The translations under genes were made by a program, and so were the position numbers. From the NCBI GenBank assembly GCA_964357905.1, contig CAYHMQ010000003.1, positions 26,855-90,854 on the forward strand: DNA of 64,000 bases. The letters are read 5' to 3'. This document shows, one piece after another, positions 17,657 through 25,761 of the stretch (the first letter of the stretch is position 1; every line of letters starts with the position of its first letter). The stretch is from an uncultured Candidatus Saccharibacteria bacterium (GTDB taxonomy: Bacteria; Patescibacteriota; Saccharimonadia; Saccharimonadales; UBA4665). The notes under the pieces are model-generated. The model made no database searches and was not told the origin of the DNA. It was given only the letters and a program-made list of their open reading frames with translations.

Positions 17657-18850
17657 TCAGGCGAGTTTGATACGCTTGAAACGACGTGAGATATACACAA
17701 ACACCAGCGCCGCCGCCAGCGATAAGCCTAGCAGAGCTAAGGAATAAGAGCGTGTTCTTTGATAAGTCACGCCCAATATCAGGGGCGGCAAAAACCCGCC
17801 TAGCCCACCGCAAGCCCCGACAATACCGGTCACGCTGCCGATGGAGTCGGGCTTGGAGAGCTTGCTAACTAGAGCTATGATCGCGCCATTGCCACAACCC
17901 AATACGAAGGCTAAGCTCAGATAGGCGACCGTAGTTGCCGGTGCCAAGCTTGGCTGTAAGGCAACGAAGGCCGACAACACGGCGATACCCGCGAATACCG
18001 TTCTAATAACCCTTGCGCCGCCGACGTGATCACTCAGCCAGCCGCCGACGGGACGGGCGGCCGTAGCCAGCAACACGAAACCAGCTGCCCGCGCTGCCGC
18101 GTCGGTCAAAGACAAGCCGTATGAGACCTTGAGAAGCACGGGCAGATAGACCCCGAACGCAACAAAAGCACCAAAGCTTATGGAGTACAACAACGCAAGA
18201 TCCCATGTGTTATGGCTACTCATAGCCTTGGTTAGCCTAGCTATGGCCGAGCCTTTAGCCCTTTTCCAAGTTGGTGAGTCATGACCCCAAAGCATGAAGG
18301 CCACGCCAATTAACAACAGAGCTGCCGCGGCCGTGATGTAGGCTGTTTGCCGGTCAAAAGCGGTAGCTAGACTAGGTGTTAGAAATCCAGAAACAGCCGT
18401 ACCGGCGTTACCCATACTGTAAATACCCAAGACTAAGCCTCTTTTTTGTGGCGGAAACCAAGCGTTAACGTATGGTACGCCGACGGCGAAAGACGCGCCG
18501 GCAATTCCCAGGAACGCGCCGGCAACCAGGAACGCGTTATACGAGTCAACAAAAGCTAGCGCCATCACGGGTAGGATCGCTAAAAAACACACCGCTGTAA
18601 AAACCCTATGTCCGCCGAAGCGGTCGGTCAGCACGCCGAACGGAATTCTTGCCAGTGATCCAACCAACACCGGTACAGCCAACATAACAGATAGCCCGAC
18701 TGGACTTAGCGACAAATCAGCGGCGAACTTCGACCCTAGCGGTCCGAGCAACGACCACGCCCAGAAGTTAATTGTCAGCGCCGCGGTCGCCAGCGCCAGC
18801 GCGAAGACCGGAGAAGTTTTGGTAGCTTGTTTTTTGTTTTTGCTGGCCAC
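17657..18850 (-). CDS. MFS transporter, nitrate/nitrite porter (NarK/NNP)-like
   Basis: About 12 hydrophobic segments. Contains RIPFGVLTDRFGGHR, GIYSMGNAGTAVSGFLTP and GIVGACGGLGGFLPP. I prefer the GTG at 18850, 1 nt after the upstream TAG. The ATG at 18919 would overlap the upstream gene by 68 nt. Confidence 0.75.
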   Translation of the reverse strand: MASKNKKQATKTSPVFALALATAALTINFWAWSLLGPLGSKFAADLSLSPVGLSVMLAVPVLVGSLARIPFGVLTDRFGGHRVFTAVCFLAILPVMALAFVDSYNAFLVAGAFLGIAGASFAVGVPYVNAWFPPQKRGLVLGIYSMGNAGTAVSGFLTPSLATAFDRQTAYITAAAALLLIGVAFMLWGHDSPTWKRAKGSAIARLTKAMSSHNTWDLALLYSISFGAFVAFGVYLPVLLKVSYGLSLTDAAARAAGFVLLATAARPVGGWLSDHVGGARVIRTVFAGIAVLSAFVALQPSLAPATTVAYLSLAFVLGCGNGAIIALVSKLSKPDSIGSVTGIVGACGGLGGFLPPLILGVTYQRTRSYSLALLGLSLAAALVFVYISRRFKRIKLA

Positions 18851-18851
18851 T

Positions 18852-20348
18852 CTAGATCGACGCCTCCCAATCGAAGAACACCGTATCTTCACGGTAGCCG
18901 CCCCTGCCCTGCCCAACATTGTCGAACCGGTCTACAAACTCTATAGACTTCAGGTATTTGGCCATTTTGTAGCCATATTTCTTCTCGCAGCGCAAACGCA
19001 GTGGCGCGCCATACTGCGTCGGCAGTTTTTTGCCATTCATTTCATATGCCAAGATAGTCTGATCATCAAACATATCGCTCAGCCTCAAGCCCGAGTAATA
19101 GTAGGCGCCTTGCGGGTCAACATCGTGACAATGGAACAGCACGTACTTGGCACCCTCCTTGGGCTTACACAACTCAATAATATCGGTCATTTTCACCCCG
19201 CCCCATTCAGCGACAGCTGTCCAACCTTGGATGCAGTTATGCTTGGTAATTTGCTCCTGCTTAGGCATGTTATGTAGATCCTCGAGTGTCAGTTCGACAG
19301 GGTTTTCGACCATACCATGGATCTTAAGCGTCCAGTCCTTGTATCCGCCAGCTTGCAGCCTTTCGTACTCCTCAGTTTTGGGCGGGTAGCCATTGGCACG
19401 AAAAAATGGCGAGATGTCTTCCTTGGCGTACCTCTGTCTGGAGTTCATCCAGCCAAAAAAGAAGCGTACTATCGGCGCGTAAAACTTGGTTAATAGCTTA
19501 CGCAATCTGACCTGGTCGCCAAGCGTGAAGAAGGTAATCCAAACATTGAAGGCCGCGATCAATACGATAATTGCCAAGAACATTGTCAGCGCCAGACCAA
19601 AGTTTACATCCGTACTGCCGACAGTAAACTTCTTAACGCTGTCGTAGAAGTGAACAAGCATAGCCATTGTCACATGAACCAATATGAAGAGCGAGAACAC
19701 GACCATGCCAATAAAGTGTAGACTACGAGCAACTTGTCGCTTGTTGCCAAAAAGCTTCAAAAACCCCGGGAAACGTGCCACCAGCGCCGGAGACATAGCC
19801 AAGCCAGTTATTACCATCGAAGGTGCCAGCACAAACACAACAAACGCATAGGTCAACTGCTGCAGAGCATTGTGCGGATTAGACAGCGTATCAGCCGGCA
19901 GGTTTAGCGTCAGATAGCCGACAAAGACGTCAATTGCCCGCGAGAAAATTCCCCAATCAGTTGGAATTAGCCGCTGCCACTGACCCGAGCTGAACAAATA
20001 ACCAAGGTAAATCATGCCTGTGGTCAGCCAGGCTATAGCGGCCGTAAAATGCCAGTGCCTACCCGAACCTAGATTGTGTGTGCCGCCTGGCAAAGATAAC
20101 GGCCCAGCGTCCTCGGCCTCGTCAAGCGAAGTCCAGAGCCTATCTTTGGGCATTATCTTCTTACCGAAGCGCAGCCAGTGATTATCGTCAGCGGTGTCAT
20201 CTGTCCAATATAGCTTGGGGTGATCATAAAGGATTTGTATACCGCTCCTGATCAAAATAATCAGACAAAATAAATTTATAAGATGAGCGACAACTATCAG
20301 TACAGGGATGCTCGTGCCGTCCATTTTTTGTGACGCCTCCGTATACAT
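18852..20348 (-). CDS. fusion protein: N-terminal cytochrome-b561-like membrane domain and C-terminal sulfite-oxidase/YedY(MsrP)-fold molybdopterin oxidoreductase domain
   Basis: 498 aa with five hydrophobic helices. His residues sit in helices 1 and 2, and twice in helix 4 (HFIGMVVFSLFILVH). The C-terminal domain has KHNCIQGWTAVAEWGG (Cys Mo ligand context) and YGAPLRLRCEKKYGYKMAKYLKSIEF. Confidence 0.75.
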   Translation of the reverse strand: MYTEASQKMDGTSIPVLIVVAHLINLFCLIILIRSGIQILYDHPKLYWTDDTADDNHWLRFGKKIMPKDRLWTSLDEAEDAGPLSLPGGTHNLGSGRHWHFTAAIAWLTTGMIYLGYLFSSGQWQRLIPTDWGIFSRAIDVFVGYLTLNLPADTLSNPHNALQQLTYAFVVFVLAPSMVITGLAMSPALVARFPGFLKLFGNKRQVARSLHFIGMVVFSLFILVHVTMAMLVHFYDSVKKFTVGSTDVNFGLALTMFLAIIVLIAAFNVWITFFTLGDQVRLRKLLTKFYAPIVRFFFGWMNSRQRYAKEDISPFFRANGYPPKTEEYERLQAGGYKDWTLKIHGMVENPVELTLEDLHNMPKQEQITKHNCIQGWTAVAEWGGVKMTDIIELCKPKEGAKYVLFHCHDVDPQGAYYYSGLRLSDMFDDQTILAYEMNGKKLPTQYGAPLRLRCEKKYGYKMAKYLKSIEFVDRFDNVGQGRGGYREDTVFFDWEASI

Positions 20349-20449
20349 TACGGTTATGTTTTGCTACCAACTGGCATTATAGCAAAGAAGCGAATCCGCA
20401 CTGTGATTTCGCGCACACTCGTACACCGGTCAAGCAATAAGACAGTGGC

Positions 20450-21733
20450 TTACTTGCTGGCGTAGCCGCGGAGTTTGTCGAGAGTCTTCTCAGTTAGCAT
20501 GCGGCTCATGATGTCGCGGTGGTTTTCGGGCTTGTCGAGCTCGGCCTGCATAGCTGGATCAGCGTATTGACCTCTAAGTAGTTGAATGCGCAGTTCTAGT
20601 TCCTGGGGCGTCACGGTGACTTTTTCGTGAGATGATATTTCGCCTAGCACTAGGCCGGCTTTGACACGTAGCTCGGCATTAGGACGTTGCTTCTCGCGGT
20701 GAGCGTCGGCGTCTATACCTTCTTCGTCTAGGTGCTCTTGCCAAGTTTGGCCGCGATAGATGATATTACGTCTCTCTTCTTCTTCCATGCGATCGATTTC
20801 TTCATCGACCAGCACTTTTGGTATATCTACGCTACTCTTGGCAGCGATTTTTTCCAGTAGTTCGTTATCGTAGGTGCTTTGAGCCTGTTGCTGCTTCTCG
20901 GCAGTCAATTGCTTCTTAATATCAGACTTCAGCTCGGCCAGAGTCTTAAATGGCCCGATCGTGGCCGCAAAAGCGTCGTCTAGCTTGGCTAGCTTGAGCT
21001 CTTGGACCTTGCTGACCTTAACCTCGAAGTTAACCTTGCGGTTCTGCAGCTCAGTTGAGCCATAATCCTTGGGGAAAGTTATACTAAATGTCTTGTCGTC
21101 ACCCGCCTTGAGGCCAACCAGCTCATCTTCAAAGCCAGGTATAAAACTCTTGCTGCCAAGCACCAGCGGATAGTCCTTACCGTCAGCACCGCTTATAGGC
21201 TCCTTGGTCTTGTCATCAGTGCCCTTGAAGTCAATTGTCGCTTCGTCGCCCAGCTTGGCAGCTCGATCTACCTCAGACTTGGTAGCACCGCGACTACGCA
21301 GGTTATCGACGACACCGTTGACATCGTCGGCCGTGGCGCTGACCTTGGGCAGCTCAAGCTTGATCTTCTTATAATCCGGTAGCTGAACTGTGCCGACGAT
21401 CTCTACTTCGGCCGTGAATTCCATGGTCGAGAACGGTACAAACTTAGTCAGATTAATGTTCGGCTGGGCAACAGGCCTTAGCTTTTCACTCTCGACGGCG
21501 TGAACGTAAAAACGATTAACTGCCTGGTCGAGGAATTCTGATTGCAGGGCCGCTTGGTCAATATTCTTCTCGATTAGGTTGGCCGGCGCTTTGCCGGGAC
21601 GAAAGCCAGCGACTTTAACATTTTGGCTTAAATGGCTCAGGACTTCCTGCTTGAGCACATCCATAGCTGCCTGGTCGGCAACAACGGTTAGCTTGATGGA
21701 GGTAGGTGATAATTGTTCGCGTGTTATCTGCAT
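20450..21733 (-). CDS. tig: trigger factor
   Basis: 427-aa ORF with an N-terminal ribosome-binding region containing GFRPGKAP and a central FKBP-like segment. Confidence 0.92.
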   Translation of the reverse strand: MQITREQLSPTSIKLTVVADQAAMDVLKQEVLSHLSQNVKVAGFRPGKAPANLIEKNIDQAALQSEFLDQAVNRFYVHAVESEKLRPVAQPNINLTKFVPFSTMEFTAEVEIVGTVQLPDYKKIKLELPKVSATADDVNGVVDNLRSRGATKSEVDRAAKLGDEATIDFKGTDDKTKEPISGADGKDYPLVLGSKSFIPGFEDELVGLKAGDDKTFSITFPKDYGSTELQNRKVNFEVKVSKVQELKLAKLDDAFAATIGPFKTLAELKSDIKKQLTAEKQQQAQSTYDNELLEKIAAKSSVDIPKVLVDEEIDRMEEEERRNIIYRGQTWQEHLDEEGIDADAHREKQRPNAELRVKAGLVLGEISSHEKVTVTPQELELRIQLLRGQYADPAMQAELDKPENHRDIMSRMLTEKTLDKLRGYASK

Positions 21734-21781
21734 AGTGGTCTATCCTAACAGATGAAAGCCGGTTTGGCTAGTGTAAGCTGG

Positions 21782-21888
21782 CTCGCACTCAGTACTTACT
21801 TCCACGGCACGTTCCACGCGGAGCAATCCAGTAGGTTACTCCGGTTGCACTCGGCAATTAGTCCGTGGGAGTAAGCACTGAGTGTGGG
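21782..21888. repeat. long imperfect inverted repeat (22-26 bp arms, about 55-nt centre); candidate structured RNA or MITE-like element
   Basis: 21786-21807 (CACTCAGTACTTACTTCCACGG) pairs with 21863-21884 (CCGTGGGAGTAAGCACTGAGTG), with 1 mismatch and 1 wobble. An inner 7-bp hairpin pairs GGAGCAA with TTACTCC. Confidence 0.6.
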
Positions 21889-22347
21889 TCAGTAGCGCAA
21901 GAACTGTACTATTAAGATAATCATGGCTATCAGCCAAGTAACCTCGACGACAGCACCGATTGGGCGTCCGAACCATTGAATGCCGATGGCAAACTTGAAG
22001 TAGCCCTTGGCGCGCCATGATTGGCCGCGTCGAGTTTTGATATATCTATCAATCGACAGCAAATCGGGTGAGGCTGCCACAAAGGCACAAATAGCCGCTA
22101 ACAACCAATAAACGGGCTGCAAAATCGCTAGAGTTAGCACTATGCCAAAGCATATGGCTGCTTCGGCCATGAGATAGCGCTGATAGCCTTTGGTTTTGAG
22201 CAATACCTCGTCGGGCAGCAGGCTCCCGTAATGCGGCAGCGCGTCACAGACGAAGTGCGATGCCAAGGCTGCGGGTAACGCTATCAGTGGCTGCCCAGTT
22301 GCTAGCCCAATCAAAGTCCCAGTTAGGGCATGATTAACAGCGGTCAT
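21889..22347 (-). CDS. small membrane protein, possibly YdjM/DUF457-like metal-dependent hydrolase
   Basis: 152 aa and hydrophobic, with an N-terminal HALTG...HFVCDALPHYG pattern. ATGA overlap with the hisS stop. Confidence 0.45.
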   Translation of the reverse strand: MTAVNHALTGTLIGLATGQPLIALPAALASHFVCDALPHYGSLLPDEVLLKTKGYQRYLMAEAAICFGIVLTLAILQPVYWLLAAICAFVAASPDLLSIDRYIKTRRGQSWRAKGYFKFAIGIQWFGRPIGAVVEVTWLIAMIILIVQFLRY

Positions 22348-23648
22348 GCAATCGACGACTTGATGAGCTTGATCGCGTCAGCCAGAGCGACGGCTTGCTC
22401 CTTGCCAGTCTGGAGATTCTTGAGTGTGTATTGGCCGGTCTTAAGCTCATCCTGACCAATGATCAAGACTTGCTTTAGGCCCTTTTTATCGGCTGACTTG
22501 AACTGATCGCCAAGCTTCTTGCCACTTAGGTCAACAGCCAGATTGAGGCCAGCCGCCCTCAGCTGAGCAATTGGCTTCTGAGCCTGCTCCAGGACATCGC
22601 CTACAATCACCACATAGACATTGGTTTCTGGCTCGAATGGTGGCAGGAGACGATGAAGTTCCAAGAAATTAGCTAGGGTAACATCGCCCCAACCAAAGCC
22701 AACTGTCGGCACGGCTGCAACGCCGAACAAACCGACTAGGCCGTCGTAGCGCCCACCAGCAACCATTGAGCGATTATTGTCAGGGTGAGTGTCGAAGACC
22801 TCGAAGACAATATCGGTGTAGTAATCGAAGCCGCGCATGATGGTGATGTCGAAGACGGCATTCTTGATGCCGTTCTTACTTAACAAGTTAAGTGTAGACT
22901 GTAGCTCCTTAACTGAGTCAAGTGCTTGCAACTCCTTGGGCAGCTTGCCCAGCTGCTTGGTCTCGAGTACGGCGAGTAGCTTCTCGACAACGCCTGTCTC
23001 TCGGGCTTTGGCGCTAATGACTGCATCGACTTTCTTCAAGAAATCACTGCGCTGCATTTTCGACATACGATCAATCAACTTACTGACGTCATGCACCTCG
23101 GCCTTACTAAGACCTAGATATTTTCCCAACACAAAGTCCATGAGCTTGCGACTGTTAAGCCTGATCTGATACATGTTGGGCTTGGCACCAAACTCCTTGA
23201 ACATGGCGTCAACAAGATCGATTATCTCGTATTCTGCTGCGACACCAGCCACACCGAAGATATCGACATTAAGCTGCCAGTGCTCTCTCAGGCGGCCGCG
23301 TTGCGGCCGCTCGTATCGCCACAGATTAGGAATACTGTACCAGCGCAGAGGGTAGGCCAGCTCTTGACGTTTTGCAGCCACCATTCGACTAACCGTCGGT
23401 GTCATCTCTGGCCGGATTACTACCTGACGACCACCACGATCTTCGAAGCTATAAGTCTGCTCGTTGACAATTTCCTCCCCCGTCTTGGCTTGGTAAATAT
23501 CCAAAGCTTCTAGAATCGGCGCATCGTACTCCTCGTAGCCAAAACGCTCTGCTACTGTGCGCCACTTGGCGAACATATACTTCTGCAAGCGCTTATCCTC
23601 CGGGTAGAAGTCGCGTGCTCCCCTGTATGGTTTGGTTGATAGTGCCAT
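22344..23648 (-). CDS. hisS: histidine--tRNA ligase
   Basis: 434 aa with class II motif 2 (WRYERPQRGRLREHWQLNVD) and GGRYDGL. A C-terminal anticodon-binding-type domain is present. Confidence 0.88.
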   Translation of the reverse strand: MALSTKPYRGARDFYPEDKRLQKYMFAKWRTVAERFGYEEYDAPILEALDIYQAKTGEEIVNEQTYSFEDRGGRQVVIRPEMTPTVSRMVAAKRQELAYPLRWYSIPNLWRYERPQRGRLREHWQLNVDIFGVAGVAAEYEIIDLVDAMFKEFGAKPNMYQIRLNSRKLMDFVLGKYLGLSKAEVHDVSKLIDRMSKMQRSDFLKKVDAVISAKARETGVVEKLLAVLETKQLGKLPKELQALDSVKELQSTLNLLSKNGIKNAVFDITIMRGFDYYTDIVFEVFDTHPDNNRSMVAGGRYDGLVGLFGVAAVPTVGFGWGDVTLANFLELHRLLPPFEPETNVYVVIVGDVLEQAQKPIAQLRAAGLNLAVDLSGKKLGDQFKSADKKGLKQVLIIGQDELKTGQYTLKNLQTGKEQAVALADAIKLIKSSIA

Positions 23649-23667
23649 AGTTAAACTTTATTATAGA

Positions 23668-24954
23668 TCACTTCTCGTTTAAACGAATGGACACGGCTCT
23701 GACGTGCGCCGCCAGATTTTCGGCATCAGCTAATGTCACGATAGTCGGTGCCAAAGTTCTTAGACCGCTTTTCGTCAACATCTGAAATGTTACTTTTTTA
23801 ACAAAGCTATCGAGTGCCACACCACCGTAGCTGCGAGCCCAGCCATTGGTCGGCAACGTGTGGTTAGTGCCCGAGGCATAGTCACCGGCACTTTCTGGCG
23901 AATAGGCTCCTAGAAAGACTGACCCTGCATTGACGACGCCCTTACTAAAATTCTTTGGATTATTGACATTCAGAATCAGGTGCTCTGGGGCATATACATT
24001 CGCGAACTTCATAGCCGTATTCAGCTTCTCGAAGACAACGCAAAACGAATTCTCCAAAGCCTTCATGGCAATCTCTTGGCGCGGCAGTGCCTTAAGCTGG
24101 ATCTTTAGTTCCGCCTTAACGTCAGTCACCAGCCTAGCACTGTCGGTGACTAAAGCCACTTGGCTGTCAGCACCATGTTCAGCCTGACTTAATAAGTCAG
24201 CGGCCACATAAGCTGGACTGGCACTATTATCAGCAATTACCAGAACTTCAGACGGGCCGGCAGGCATATCAATTGCTACACCAAAGTTTTGGGCGTAAGT
24301 CTTGGCTGCCGTCACGTACTGATTGCCCGGGCCAAAAATCTTATCAACTTTTGGTACAGACTTGGTGCCGACAGCTAGCCCAGCGATCGCCTGAGCACCG
24401 CCAACTGCCACTACACGTGTAGCACCTATTTTACGAATCGCGTAACAGATAGCCGGATCGATTTTTCCATCTCTGTTGGGAGGAGTACAGACGATGATTT
24501 CCTTGCAACCCGCTAATTGTGCGGGCACCCCAAGCATCAAGACGGTTGATACCAAGGCAGCACTGCCGGCTGGAATGTAGAGTCCGACTCGCTCTATGGC
24601 TCGAGACTCTCGCCAGCACATGACACCTCGCTGGATTTGTACAGTTTCACGTTTTCCGTCCAATTGCTGAACTTCGTGGAACTGCCTTATGTTGCGCCAA
24701 GCTTCATCTATGGCACGCTTGAGTTCGGGCGAAACTTGTTTAGATAGCTCGTTAACCATTGTGGAGCTAACTATTAACTTATTGTGAGCTACGCCATCAA
24801 ACTGTTTGGTGTAGTTCGATAACGCCCGATCACCTTCTGATTGGACCGCCGTAAATATCTCATTTACGAGCTTACCCAACGCTGGGGCTGACATCGATGG
24901 TCGGGCACTTATCTTTTGCCACCTATTTGTTGGGGGGTTTTTGTAGAACTTCAT
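23668..24954 (-). CDS. hisD: histidinol dehydrogenase
   Basis: 428 aa containing SQAEHG, YAPEHL and GDYASGTNHTLPT. Confidence 0.93.
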   Translation of the reverse strand: MKFYKNPPTNRWQKISARPSMSAPALGKLVNEIFTAVQSEGDRALSNYTKQFDGVAHNKLIVSSTMVNELSKQVSPELKRAIDEAWRNIRQFHEVQQLDGKRETVQIQRGVMCWRESRAIERVGLYIPAGSAALVSTVLMLGVPAQLAGCKEIIVCTPPNRDGKIDPAICYAIRKIGATRVVAVGGAQAIAGLAVGTKSVPKVDKIFGPGNQYVTAAKTYAQNFGVAIDMPAGPSEVLVIADNSASPAYVAADLLSQAEHGADSQVALVTDSARLVTDVKAELKIQLKALPRQEIAMKALENSFCVVFEKLNTAMKFANVYAPEHLILNVNNPKNFSKGVVNAGSVFLGAYSPESAGDYASGTNHTLPTNGWARSYGGVALDSFVKKVTFQMLTKSGLRTLAPTIVTLADAENLAAHVRAVSIRLNEK

Positions 24955-25571
24955 AGATCACGACCCATCATGATAGCCGGATAAATATCACGTAGCTTAA
25001 AGACTTCTAGCAGGCCGTTCTGTCTAGCGGTTTCGCCAGAGAAAACAATATCAGCACCTATACCGACTCCGCTTAATCCAATTGCAGCTTCGACACTATC
25101 AGATATAGGCATTTCAAGGGGCTGAAATGGCAAATCTTGACCTTGTGCCGCTGCCATCAAAAGCTTCGGTAAGCCCGTTGGTATTGAAGTAGGGTAGCTG
25201 GGATATCGGCCGTCAGTGTTCAGTCGGGCTTCCACAAAAGATACCTTTTGCGGTTCGGCAAGTAGCGAAAACCTATACATTGATTGTCCTATGCTCTGGC
25301 AATCTACTTGTCTCGAGTCAGCATATTCCAGATACACGTCAGTGCCGGCAATACCTATATCTCCCCATTTTTTAGCTAAATATTTTGGTATGTCCCGCCC
25401 TTTTACTAACCAAAACTCTCTACCTTGAGATGTAGCTTTTAGCTCTTCGCCCCTGAATGTCGGGATCTCAATTCCGCTTATTGCCTGAAACTCATTAACG
25501 CATGGTAGATTATCACTACCTTTTGACACTAATATTCGTTCGGCCGAATCCACATTATCTAATATCTTCAT
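24951..25571 (-). CDS. hisG: ATP phosphoribosyltransferase, short form
   Basis: 206 aa containing GRDIPKYLAKKWGDIGIAGTDV and SVEAA...ADIVFSGETARQNGL. Strong SD AAGGAG 6 nt upstream. ATGA overlap with hisD. Confidence 0.8.
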   Translation of the reverse strand: MKILDNVDSAERILVSKGSDNLPCVNEFQAISGIEIPTFRGEELKATSQGREFWLVKGRDIPKYLAKKWGDIGIAGTDVYLEYADSRQVDCQSIGQSMYRFSLLAEPQKVSFVEARLNTDGRYPSYPTSIPTGLPKLLMAAAQGQDLPFQPLEMPISDSVEAAIGLSGVGIGADIVFSGETARQNGLLEVFKLRDIYPAIMMGRDL

Positions 25572-25606
25572 ATGTTTCTCCTTAAATAATTAATTACAAA
25601 TAAATC

Positions 25607-25632
25607 AAAAGCGCCGGAGCGATGTCCGGCGC
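25607..25632 (-). terminator. intrinsic terminator/attenuator in the hisG leader
   Basis: The minus strand reads GCGCCGGA-CATCGC-TCCGGCGC followed by TTTTGATTTATTTG. The stem is 8 bp and all but one pair is GC. It lies 36 nt upstream of the hisG ATG. Confidence 0.65.
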
Positions 25633-25662
25633 AGATATGCTTGATTTAAGGGCAATAGCTAG

Positions 25663-25722
25663 CTAACCGTGACGCTCCGGCTGAATATGTACATGGTGTT
25701 GGTTAGAAAACTGCTTTAACAT
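25663..25722 (-). CDS. putative 19-aa His-rich leader peptide MLKQFSNQHHVHIQPERHG
   Basis: The codons read ATG TTA AAG CAG TTT TCT AAC CAA CAC CAT GTA CAT ATT CAG CCG GAG CGT CAC GGT TAG. It lies between the promoter and the terminator upstream of hisG. Confidence 0.5.
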   Translation of the reverse strand: MLKQFSNQHHVHIQPERHG

Positions 25723-25730
25723 TGCGGATA

Positions 25731-25739
25731 ATTATACCA
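25731..25739 (-). promoter_or_regulatory. extended -10 promoter TGGTATAAT, 8 nt upstream of the leader-peptide ATG
   Basis: Read directly. It lies just after the stop of the upstream gene. Confidence 0.5.
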
Positions 25740-25761
25740 CTTATGTCAATGTATGCAAGTA

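Noticed and set aside
20349-20449. Moco riboswitch upstream of the cytochrome-b/Moco oxidoreductase gene.
   Set aside because: Only about 100 nt is available including the promoter (TATAAT at about -27 from the ATG). No extended conserved stem architecture is visible.
21836-22018. 60-aa minus-strand ORF overlapping the inverted repeat and the end of the 152-aa membrane gene.
   Set aside because: It overlaps a better-supported ORF in another frame. The sequence is Arg- and Cys-rich and there are no start signals.
22344-23648. The hisS gene might really be the regulatory paralog hisZ. Its motif-3-like segment reads GFGWGDVTL, with no obvious Arg.
   Set aside because: Motif 2 and the histidine-binding GGRYDGL are intact, and a C-terminal anticodon-binding domain is present. 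I believe some bona fide HisRS lineages have GDV-type motif 3 variants, but I cannot verify that here. An alignment is needed and I could not perform one.
25572-25761. T-box or other riboswitch upstream of hisG. The same was considered upstream of tyrS at 32710-32783.
   Set aside because: I found no T-box consensus (GGGTGGTACCGCG-like) on either strand. The tyrS upstream region is only about 75 nt, with the -10 only 6 nt from the ATG. The his leader is better explained by the leader-peptide model.
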